The position numbers and the translations under genes are program-made. Shown here one piece after another: positions 12,330-23,559 of a DNA stretch of 64,000 nucleotides (its first letter is position 1; each line of letters opens with the position of its first letter). Source of the DNA: Mobula hypostoma (lineage: Eukaryota); NCBI RefSeq assembly GCF_963921235.1, contig NC_086124.1, positions 15,872,001 to 15,936,000 of the forward strand, written 5' to 3'. The notes beneath the pieces were generated by a model. The model saw nothing but the letters and a program-made list of their open reading frames with translations, was not told where the DNA came from and searched no databases.

Positions 12330-13729
12330 TGTCATACGTGGGGCTGCTGGGAGAGGACCCAAATGCAAGACACAGACACTGAAGTACTAGGAAGAGGACT
12401 TGACTAGAGAGTTGGGACAAGAACACAGACATGGTCTAGGACATTGGCTAGGCAAGCAGGACCAGGACAAGGAACTGGGAACTAGGAGCCTGGGCTTGGA
12501 CTCCGAGCCGGAGACTGGACAAGAACCTAGAACCTGGGTCTTGACCTGGACCCGGATCCCAGAACTAGGTGAAGACATGACGTGACTACAGGACTGGACA
12601 TGGCCTGGGTACTTCAAGGCGAAGACATGACGAGGCTTGGGTTCTTCGAGGCAAGGGCATGACTAGCCTTGGATTCGGACTCCGAGCCAGAGCCTGGACA
12701 AGGACCCAGAACCTGGATCTAGACTTGGGCTCAGACTCTGGAATTAGGCGAAGAAATGACGTGGTCTTGGGGGACAGGACTAGGCAAGGGTATAGGACAG
12801 AACGAGAGGCTCCTGGGCAAGACGAGGGAACTCCAGCGCAAGACGAGGGAACTCCAGCACAGGATGAGGGAACTCCAGCACAGGATGAGGGAACTCCAGC
12901 ACAGGACGAGGCACATAGACAGGACAAAAACACGAAGTCTTGACTTGGTACTCAGGAACAACCGAGCCTTGGACTGGGGACAGCAGGAACCTCGGAACCT
13001 TGGACTTGGGACAACAGGAACGCAGAGCACAGAGCCTCGGTCTTGGGGAGGACAGGAACACAGGGACATGGAACGCAGAGCCGGGACCCCTCCTTGGGAA
13101 CAGGACTTAGGGCCGGGACTCATATACGGAACACAGAGCCAGGACCCTCCTTGCGAACAGGACTTGGGGCTGGGGCTCGACACAGAATGCTGAACATGAC
13201 GAGACAGTTCCCAACACTAGGTAGCGACAAATGGCTGGACCTACCTAGTGAAGGCGTGGACACAGAGACAGTTCCAACTCAACGATAGACAGTTCCTTAC
13301 CTTGACACAGCAAGGCTCCGGTCTCGCTCTGGTGGTGGAACTTAACAAGGCTGAGGGCGAGGCTCCAGATACAGGTTGTGTGCAAGGCTCCAGAAGGAAG
13401 GGGAAGGGAAGGGAACAGTCCAGCCTCAGGGTAACAGCAAAGGCGGCCTGGCTTACCCAATGGAGGCAAGGACAGGGAGGGACAGATCGAACTACAGGGT
13501 AACAGCCAAGACAGCCTGACTTACCCCACAGCGGCGAGGACGGGATACTGACGAGATGAACCAGCAACCACACACGAACCCAGGGTCACTTATACTACCA
13601 GCTCAAGATGAGCATCAGGTGCCTATGATGAAATGCAGCTGAAGCAAGGTACAGCCGGAAGACCTGGAGTCCGGAGCCAAGGACCAGAGTGTGAACCGGA
13701 ACGCGGACTATATGGACTAGACCATGACA
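12330..13729 (-). mobile_element. Solo LTR, family A (1400 bp), 5-bp TSD ACTGG
   Basis: TGTCAT...ATGACA termini; ACTGG at 12325-12329 and 13730-13734; homologous to 35752-36855 and 62932-64000; strand inferred from TATA-like motif. Confidence 0.85.
12821..12910. repeat. 21-bp tandem repeat (~4 copies) inside LTR
   Basis: GA(C/T)GAGGGAACTCCAGCACAG repeated. Confidence 0.9.
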
Positions 13730-14059
13730 ACTGGTCTGTTATTTCACTAATTCTCAAGCCTTATTGACCTATAGCATGTAGATTTAGTTGATTTTAATAC
13801 CTGAAATATGTATTATGATTGATACTTAGACAGGAAATTGATGGAATTCAGAAGTGCAGTATCTATTGGACCAATATCTGTATGTGGCCAGTCAATTTCT
13901 GTATAAGAATAGTATTGCTTTATTCAAATGTCAGAACAATGCGGTGACAGGGGCCAAGCTGTTCCTTTACACAATGAAGAAGAGTGTGATTGAGGAATAT
14001 TGGAAGGATTCAGAGTCCAGTTAATCATAGAAGAGACTCTCAGTATATCATATACTCAT

Positions 14060-14465
14060 AAACAAAATGGATTCTGCAAATGCTGGAAATCCAGAGCAAC
14101 GTACACAAAATGCTGGAGGAACTCAGCAGGTTAGACAGCATCTATGGAAATGAATAAATAGTCAGGATTTCAGAACAAGACACTTCTTCAGGATCAGGAA
14201 TAAAGGAGGAAGATGCCAGCATAAAAAGTGTGGAGATGGGAATGGCTAGAAGGTGATAAGTGAAGCTAGGTAGTTGGGAAATGTAAAGTGCTGCTAGAGA
14301 AGGAATCCAATAGGACAGGAGAATGGACCATGGGAGAAAATGAAGGAGGGGCATCAGGCGGAGGCGATAGGCGGATGAGGAGAAGAGTTAAGAGGTCAGA
14401 GTGGGGAATAGAAGAGGAAGGGTGATGGAAAAAATTACAAGAACGATAAATTGATATTCATGTCA
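14060..14465 (-). mobile_element. Old PLE 3' remnant with degenerate hammerhead
   Basis: Tail ctgcaaatgctggaaatcc...ggaggaactcagcagg and purine-rich UTR as in other PLE copies. Confidence 0.65.
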
Positions 14466-14739
14466 CATGTGTCGATCCCTGAGTTCATTCAGAGAAAGTA
14501 ATTCAAAGCATAAGTACTTTAAGGTAGTACAAAAAGGAAAATAAAAAGAAATGCAGAATACATCATTATATATTCAGAGAATGTGCAGTACAAGGACACA
14601 CAGAGGGAGCTTGGAGTTCAAGCTCACAGCTCCTTGTTGCTGGCTACATACCAGGTGGTAAAGAAGGTGTATTACACATTTTACTTTATTAGATGAGGTG
14701 ACTGCAGGAGTCAGGAAGTTATGTTGTAGCTTCAGTTTG

Positions 14740-15080
14740 GAGTCTACTGAGGCTGCCCCTAAAAGTACTGTCTCGGCTTCCTCTAGTATAGAGTCTAAAA
14801 GTCCAGTTGGGCCTCCTACGGAGTAGAATCTAAAAGTAATTTGACCACCTCAGGATAAAAAATTTGTTACGTCATCTCTGGGGGGAATCTAAAAATCTAG
14901 TTAGACCACCTCTGTAGTAGAGTCGAAAGGTCTAGTTAGTCCTACACTGGAACAGAGTCTAAAGGTTTAGTTAGGCCTACTCTGGAGTACTGTCTAGACC
15001 TCCTTTGCAAAAGAGCTTGGAAGTCTAGCCAGGTCTCATCTAGAGAAGAGTTTAAAAACTAGTTAGGCTACCTCTGAAAT
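14740..15080 (+). repeat. Degenerate ~35-bp minisatellite (~9 units) inside a CR1 fragment
   Basis: Units such as GAGTCTAAAGGTTTAGTTAGGCCTACTCTGGAGTA and GAGTCGAAAGGTCTAGTTAGTCCTACACTGGAACA. Confidence 0.75.
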
Positions 15081-15149
15081 TCTGCATTCCATTCTGATTG
15101 CTGCATTATAGAAAGAATTAAAGACTTTGGAGAGGATTCAAAATAGATT

Positions 15150-16760
15150 TAGACCATAAGAAAAGAAATAGGTCATTCAGTCCATCGATTTTGCTCTGTC
15201 AGTCCATCACAGCTGTATTATCCTTGTTAATCCCATTCTTCTGCCTTCTCCCTCTAATCTTTGACATCCTGACTAATCAAGAACCTATCATATTCCTTTT
15301 TGAATATACTCAATAACTTGGCCCTCCACAGCTCTCCGTGACTATGAATTCTACTGAATAACTACTCTCTGGTTAAAGAAATTCCCTCTCACCTCTGTTC
15401 TCAAGAGAAAGCTCTCTATTCTGTCATTGTGCCATTTGGTCCGAAACTCACCCACTACAGGAAACATCGTCACCACTTCTACAACATCTAGGCCTTTTAA
15501 CATTCAATATGTGTCAAAAAGATCACCCCTCATTCTTCGAAACTTCAATGAGTTGAGGCCCAGAGCCATCAAATGCACAAAATACATTCACACTTTCATT
15601 CCTGGAATCATTCTTGTGAAACTCCTCTGGACCCTCTCGAAGGCCAGCACAACTCTTCTTAAATAAGCAGCCAAAAACTGCTAACAATACTCCAAGTGTG
15701 GTCTGACCAATGACTTATAAAAAAAAATCCTTACTTTATGTCCTTGCTGTTATGTTTTTGTCACATAAAAATTAATGCTAACATTGAATTTGCCGTCCTT
15801 ACCATTGGCTCGACAGGCAAGTTTATCTTTACAGAATCCTGAACGAGTACTCCCAAGTCCCTTTGCACCTCTGATTTTTTTAATCTTCTCTCTTTTTGGT
15901 AAATAGTCTATGCTTTTATTCCTTCTACCAAAGTGCAGGACAACACATTTCTATGCACTATATTGCATCTGCAACTTCTTTGTCCATTCTCCAAATCTGT
16001 TAAGTCCTTCTGCAGACTCCCTGCTTCCTCAAAACATCATACCCCTCCAACTGTCTGTATCATCCATTAACGGCCAGAAAACCATCAATTCCATCAACCA
16101 AATAATTTACGTATAACATGAAAAGGAGTGGTATCAACACTGAAACTTGCAGCATACCACTAGTCACTGGCAGCTGACCAGAAAAGATTTCCTTTATTCC
16201 CAGTCTTTGCCTCCCGCTAGTCAGCCAATCTTCTATTCATTTTATACTTTTCCAGTAATACCATGGGCTTTTATCTTCTTAAGCAACCTCATTTTCAGCA
16301 ACTTGTGCAAGGCTTTCTGAAAATCCAAATAACCAACATCTACTGACTTTCCTTTGTCTATTTTGCGTGTTATTTCCTCAACAACACGCAAAATAGGTCT
16401 CAGGGTACTTGCAGACCAATGATAAAACAGTCCGTAGAGTCAGTATGGTTTCCTCAAGGGAAAATCTTGCCTGAAAAATCTGTTGGAATCCTTTGAAGAA
16501 ATAACAAGGATAGACAAAGGAGAATCAGTTGATGTTGGGCGCTTGGATTTTCGGAGGTGCCACACCTGAAACTGCTCAACAAGCTACGAGCCCAAGGTAT
16601 TACAGGAGAGATTCTGACATGGACAAAGCAGTGGCTGCTTGGTAGAAAACAAAGAGTGGGAATAAAAAGGGAGCCTTTTCTGGATGGCTGCCGGTGAATA
16701 GTGGTGTTCTGAATATCAGCATTTAATTTTCAGAGAATTGAGCACAAAGCTGATGAGGTT
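15150..16760. mobile_element. CR1 fragments (15150-16380 minus, 16390-16760 plus)
   Basis: CR1 tail at 15150; RT-region remnants; plus part encodes QYGFLKGKSCLKNLLESFEE. Confidence 0.65.
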
Positions 16761-17015
16761 TTGGGTCAGTTATCCCGGGGGTTGTGTGGTAATGTTACAG
16801 TTTGTGTTCCCTTGTGGCTAAACCGTTGAAAATTGGCGGTAGCGGATCAGGAAACTGAGAGGCCGGTCTCTGCTCTGGCCGTCCCTCTGACTCTGCCTCT
16901 GCCTCCACCCCTCCCCCCTCTCTCTCCCTTACTGCGCGTTTCTCGGGCAGGTCGGGGCGCTGTGTATAAAGGAGACAGCAGCGGTCGGTTCGTCACTTAG
17001 CAGCGTCTGTGGTGA

Positions 17016-17336
<321 letters not shown>

Positions 17337-17368
17337 GTAAGTCTCCGTTCCCCTGAACACAACACAAA

Positions 17369-17384
17369 GGCTCTTCTAAGAGCC
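17369..17384 (+). terminator. Histone 3' stem-loop (H4)
   Basis: GGCTCTTCTAAGAGCC-ACCCA then purine-rich AAAGAGGGAG. Confidence 0.95.
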
Positions 17385-18176
17385 ACCCACCACCTCAAAG
17401 AGGGAGTATTAACCGGACCGGAAAGAGATGTCCTTCATTTATGAACCCAGCCGTGTGTTTTTCCGTAGTTTATTTAACACAGGGGGTGAGTGCTCTGCAC
17501 GTTACGACCCGACTTGGGTCGGCTCCCCTGTACCACACTGTGCTGTTCAATGTAAAGTAGTGAGAATGATACTTAACATGGAACTCGCAAGTTTAGCAGT
17601 CTCCCGCAGAAAACTACCTCAACTCCGAAAGCGATACAGTAAACTACTCCGCACATCCAAACACGGTTTAAGATAATGAACATAGCAATTTTAAATAAGG
17701 TTGGGATAAATTCCATGTTTCTGCAAAATTAACTTGCTCAAAAACCATTCCCAGTGACAGCGAAATGTTCGGGTTATCCGCAATGGAAACTGTAGCCAAT
17801 CATTTCGGACTGGCTGAAGTCCGACTTCCAGTCACACACATCGGTACCTAGGCACAGATGTTGCTCACCCCACTCCCCCGTCGTTCTGTAAGGGGAGGTG
17901 TTTGATTTCGATAGCGGACACGAAGCCAACCACACCGCCGGGGCCCTGTTATAGACGTGATCGGGGCGGACATTCAACTACAACAGTCGGCGGAGGACCC
18001 AGCTCCGACATTTCAGACTGTGCAACCACCGTTAACTTTGTGAGTTGCATTTCGCACTAGTAAGGAATTTCAAAGCACCCTGCCTGCTAATTAGTTCAAC
18101 AATCTCATCCGAAACTGAGCTCTTTCCCCCATACTCAGGGTATCCGCAGAGCAGCCCTTTCACAGACACTGTGAGC

Positions 18177-18192
18177 GGCTCTGAAAAGAGCC
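18177..18192 (-). terminator. Histone 3' stem-loop (H2A), HDE near 18151-18161
   Basis: GGCTCTTTTCAGAGCC then GAAAGGGCTG. Confidence 0.95.
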
Positions 18193-18221
18193 TTTGGGTC
18201 ACTGGGTCAAATTCTGTCTCT

Positions 18222-18850
<629 letters not shown>

Positions 18851-19174
18851 GCATCTATTAAACCTTAAATCAAATCATTTCAGGTCTGTTTGGCGGCGTA
18901 TCTCCGCATTAACCCATTACTGAAGCCCGCCAGATCAAATATATTGTAAGAGTGTCTGCGCATTTCTTTCAACAGAAAAAAAACTCAAAACAAAAATCGA
19001 TTCTCAGTGTCTGTTCCCTGTCGGTCATTGTGTGGGTCGGATCAGGTTATGAACGAATTGTTCTTCTGGAATGGCAACTGGAGTTAAGCCTACAGGTTGT
19101 GCAATGTAAAGGGGCACAAAGGAAGTCAAAGCCAACGTATAAACAGAGAGGTCATATAATGGAGCAAAGATTAT

Positions 19175-20010
19175 TAGGTACAGTACTGCAGCTGTAATAA
19201 TGTTTGTCTAACTTCCACCAAAACGTTTGGAGAACTGTTGGACAGATCCACCTTACGATAATGCAAAACAGAGAAGGAATCAGAACAGGCAACAATACAG
19301 TTCAGCTGTACTTCCTCTATCCACTGCAATGCAAGAAGGATTGCCACCATTTTAATAGTGTAAACCGGAAAATCATTAGATAACCTTTTTTCTAATTGAC
19401 ACCTGAAATTCTGGGTGTACATAGACTGCTTCACCAGTGTTATGAGATACACGGTCTTTAGAACCTTCTGGAAACAATGGAATCATATTGATAAAAGCAC
19501 AGACAGAATCACCACTGCCTCTTCAGTCACACGCCGGACACATTTTGACAACCTCCCCGGAAGAGTCAAGTCTACCCTAGGTAAAGCAAATAGCTAGGGA
19601 CGATTAATGGATAAAGCCACGTAATAGGATAGGCCCATGATATCTGCCTGTCCTTTTCTTTCCCACCCAAAACAGCAAATCTCGCGACCATGATATAGCA
19701 AAGAAATTTTCAATATATTCTGATTTGGATGATCATCCTCACGACCACTGAGGTGCAGTCAATAATTCATTGCCTTCTGCATTCTTCGCAAATACAATGA
19801 CATCAGACCCATTTCCCCCGCAGAACAGAAACAGACTGAACAGCATCACAACACAGACATAAAGCCTGGACGTGAATAACATCCAGGCATTTCAAAGCTG
19901 AGGGAGCAGCAGACTCATATGCAACAACATAATTGAAGACTATTCTAACCAATGCATAATACAAAGTAATCACAGATACCCTATTCGCCCTCCAAACGTC
20001 TGAAGATCAA
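19175..20010 (-). mobile_element. Nimb/I-clade LINE fragment (RT end and RNase H)
   Basis: MVAILLALQWIEEV..IVACSDSFSVL RNase H motif; related to 38400-40030. Confidence 0.7.
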
Positions 20011-20039
20011 ATTCCCATTTCTTCTGATGAGCGCAATAA

Positions 20040-20150
20040 GACAATCAGAGAGTCGCCTTACTCGCCAATGAACAGAGAGCAGCAAGAAAATCGACGAAAG
20101 TAACTGTCAGTTACCCGGATAACCTGAAATTTGAAAAGCCAGCCGAAAAC
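20040..20150 (-). promoter_or_regulatory. Orphan decayed H2A-type promoter
   Basis: Colinear similarity to the reverse complement of 2744-2830 and to 18740-18850; no H2A CDS downstream. Confidence 0.65.
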
Positions 20151-20477
20151 AATATTTATCTACTGATTTAGGAATTGACTAATTACATCACATTTTTTTT
20201 AAAAGTAACAGCCCAAGTGTTATTTCACTCGCTGTTTTAGTATTGCACGACATTTAGCTTCCACTGTTTACATTCTCGTTCGGTCTGGCTACAAACGTCA
20301 TCAGGTTTTGAACTTGTCTCTCTTGGCAAGCTGGGGTGTAAGGCGAGTTCGTAACGTGAAAAACAAGCTGTTCTGCGACAGAACCGGGATTCCAGCGTCT
20401 GCAGACTGTTGTGTCCCCGTGAATCTATCGTGGATTCGATTAGAACAAGAGCTGGAAAACTGCATTTACTACAACCA

Positions 20478-20502
20478 ACATACATCAAAGTTGCTGGTGA
20501 AC
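20478..20502 (-). mobile_element. 25-nt PLE tail micro-insertion with 10-bp TSD
   Basis: ACATACATCAAAGTTGCTGGTGAAC flanked by ACTACAACCA at 20468-20477 and 20503-20512. Confidence 0.8.
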
Positions 20503-20872
20503 ACTACAACCATTCTCCAAAATAGTAACAACCGCAAATACCTGGAAACGTTGCCCACAATAACCAGCTGCACACGGCAGGGATGTGGGACAGGGACACC
20601 CCAACGGCGAGGGTGAGGTTTTATCTCTGGTTTTCGCCCTGCCGTTAATCAGCGGCACAGAACTGATCGGCCTTGTTGGCGTTTCTGTGACAAACTGGGT
20701 AATCTTATTTCAGCTCTGAAATGGCTGGATGTTATTCACGTCCAGGCTTAACGTCTGTGTTTTTATGCTGTTACGACACATAGCACACACAATAAAAACT
20801 GGGGAATGGCAAGTCGTTAATACAAAAGGTTACTGAACAGAAACAGACAGCCCTTTCCATTGTCGGATTGGT

Positions 20873-20888
20873 GGCTCTTAAAAGAGCC
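20873..20888 (-). terminator. Histone 3' stem-loop (H3), HDE near 20847-20857
   Basis: GGCTCTTTTAAGAGCC-ACCAA then GAAAGGGCTGT. Confidence 0.95.
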
Positions 20889-20918
20889 TTTTTGTTGTAC
20901 TTGGTACCGGGGCCGGAC

Positions 20919-21335
<417 letters not shown>

Positions 21336-21394
21336 TCAGCAGTCCGAATGCAAGCTCAAATACCAGGATGAGACGATCGGAGCAGGCCCGGGAA

Positions 21395-21650
21395 CCGGAT
21401 TTTAAAGAGTTGATGAAGGACCACCCCAGTCTCACTGATTGGTTGCAAGGGAGATAGCCATTGCAGCATCTGAGCGTTGCGATTGGCTGTTTTTCCATCA
21501 CCAGCTTGAAGCTGGCCGCTGGAGGGGTTGGGGAGAGGTGGTGCGGACTATTACCTCTGACCAAATATGGAAATTGGAGACGGAGTCAGAATTCAGCCAG
21601 TCTGACTCCAGTGATTGGATGCCGGCTCAATTTCAAATCGCCCGCCAATT
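21395..21650 (-). promoter_or_regulatory. H3 promoter: TTTAAAA, CCAAT boxes, CDE/CHR
   Basis: CCAAT near 21438, 21482, 21614; TTGGCGGGCGATTTGAA at 21632-21648. Confidence 0.7.
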
Positions 21651-22176
21651 CCAAGGGTCAAAGGTTTTCTTACAATAAATAGAATCATGAATTCTCAAAT
21701 TCCACCTTCAACTAAATCGCCGATTTTCTTTCCTCAATTCGCTGAATCTGAATGTTTACATTTTTACTGAACAGGTGAGTGAATTCACTCCTGCCGGAAA
21801 CGGGAGGACAAAATTCGATCGATTTTGCTTTACTGTATTTACGAAATGGTTCTGCGGGAAAACAGCCGCAAGAGGTTTTCAAAAGGACCACAGGAACCAA
21901 CACTAAAATGAAATGTTGCTCAATATATCTACAAAGACATTCAATACAACCACATAATTAAGTTCCTCATCTTTTCCCGCTCCAAATCGCTGTTCAAAGG
22001 CAAACCGACGGCCGCTGTTTCCTTTTATAACATCACCCTGACCTGCCCGAGACAGACGAAGAAGGAAGTAGAGGGACAGCATCAAAGTAATAGAGCGGAG
22101 AGACCTCTGTCTTCCAGCTCCCTCCCAACGTTACTACAAATGTAAATGTTCTAACTCTTTCGTGGGAGATGTGAGT

Positions 22177-22192
22177 GGCTCTTAAAAGAGCC
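22177..22192 (-). terminator. Histone 3' stem-loop (H1), HDE near 22151-22161
   Basis: GGCTCTTTTAAGAGCC-ACTCA then GAAAGAGTTAG. Confidence 0.95.
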
Positions 22193-22219
22193 GTTGGTTT
22201 CAGGTCTTGCGCTTTCAGT

Positions 22220-22852
22220 TTACTTTTTGGCAGCCGCCTTCTTGGTTTTCACCGATTTCGCCTTCGACTTGGGTTTTGCCGACTTCTTGGGCGCTTTCGC
22301 CTTCGGAGCTGCGATCTTCTTGGGGCTCTTGGTCTTCTGCGCAGCCTTCTTGGCCGCTGGTTTCTTAGCTGCCGCTTTTTTAGCCGTCTGTTTCTTAACA
22401 CTTTGTTTCTTGGCGGGAGATTTCTTAGCTGTTTTCTTGGCCGCAGTTTTCTTGATCGCTGGCTTCTTGATCTGAGATGTTTTGGCCGCTGGTTTCTTCA
22501 CTTTTTTCACGACATTGGCATTACTTCCTTTTTTAGCGGCCTTCAAGGAGCCGGAGGCACCTGCGCCCTTGGTGTGAATCAGGGAGCCGCTTTCCAATTT
22601 CCTTTTAATGACCATCTTGATCTGACTTTTGAGCTTTTCCACATCGACGCCGTTGGCGGCCAACCCCTTCTTTATCGCGACTATGGACACCCCTCGGGGA
22701 CTGCGGCAATCCGCCACAATCTTGTCGATCTGTTCGCCCAGTTTGGGACCGGCTGGCTTGGTCCGGGCGGCCGCGTTCTTTTTCTTGGGAGCCTTGGTTG
22801 CAGCGACGGGAGCCGGTGGAGGAGCGACTTCAGCGGCTGCGGTCTCGGTCAT
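22220..22852 (-). CDS. H1: Linker histone H1, replication-dependent (210 aa)
   Basis: ATG at 22852 (MTETAAAE); globular domain ending TKGAGASGS; K/A/P-rich tail with SPAK and SPKK; stem-loop. Confidence 0.96.
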   Translation of the reverse strand: MTETAAAEVAPPPAPVAATKAPKKKNAAARTKPAGPKLGEQIDKIVADCRSPRGVSIVAIKKGLAANGVDVEKLKSQIKMVIKRKLESGSLIHTKGAGASGSLKAAKKGSNANVVKKVKKPAAKTSQIKKPAIKKTAAKKTAKKSPAKKQSVKKQTAKKAAAKKPAAKKAAQKTKSPKKIAAPKAKAPKKSAKPKSKAKSVKTKKAAAKK

Positions 22853-22929
22853 GTCGGCGACTCTGTACAAGCTCTCTCAAAACTCAGAACTGAGTGAGAA
22901 ATGAAGACAGAGGCGGCGGTGCAGAGCAA

Positions 22930-23354
22930 TTTAAAGGCAGTGGACGTACGGGGCGGAGTCATCCTGCTGTCAGCTCCCGGCCGCTCCGTCTCTCTGTGTT
23001 TCTTTCTCCTCAAAAACTCCCCTATACCAATTAAAATAAGGCACCTCCATCACCCAGTCCGCTCTCTGTCTGTGTCCGAGGCCGGATTCTTTGCTGTAAA
23101 TCAAGTTTGGTCCGAATCAAAGGGAACAGTTTTCATATAAATCCGTTTAACTGCTGCTCAGACTTCGTTCTCTCCCGCGATCGCCGGCATGTTCGCCGTT
23201 TTCCGACTGAAATATTGAAACCAACTAAAAATATGCGGCAATTCCCACTTCAGGACTGAGCTGGGGAACTGGGCCATCTAGCGACAGGGAAATCTTTTTA
23301 TTTTCCACAGGAGGGACGGCGAAATGCGGCGACGTGATCGGACTCACAAACACA
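22930..23354 (-). promoter_or_regulatory. H1 promoter: TTTAAA, GC box, H1/AC box, upstream TG box
   Basis: TTTAAA 22930-22935, GGGGCGGAG 22950-22958, AAACACA 22995-23001 (- strand), inverted copy TGTGTTT 23348-23354. Confidence 0.75.
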
Positions 23355-23559
23355 GCCGCATCGCATTCAAAGAGTGACTGGTTTATCTGTTCTGTACCTT
23401 GCAATATTTAATTTACGCACTTTATTTATTTACTTATGTGTAATCCCTCTGTAAATTTCATCCTCTGCACTCTTGTTCGGAGCAACGTTGTCTTGTTTGC
23501 TGGTATTTATGAATATTGTAAAATGGCAATAAACTTGACAGTGACACCAGACTACGCCG

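Noticed and set aside
12586-13573. Repetitive ORFs (QDEGTPA and AGVPSSC repeats), also at 36205-36867
   Set aside because: By-products of tandem repeats inside the LTR; open in several frames on both strands.
14740-15080. CRISPR-like appearance of the ~35-bp periodic array
   Set aside because: Units are contiguous and degenerate with no unique spacers or cas genes; eukaryotic context.
22175-22897. 240-aa + strand ORF, and similar ORFs at 18045-18635 and 21013-21564
   Set aside because: Antisense or alternate-frame shadows of GC-rich histone CDSs, with no independent signals.
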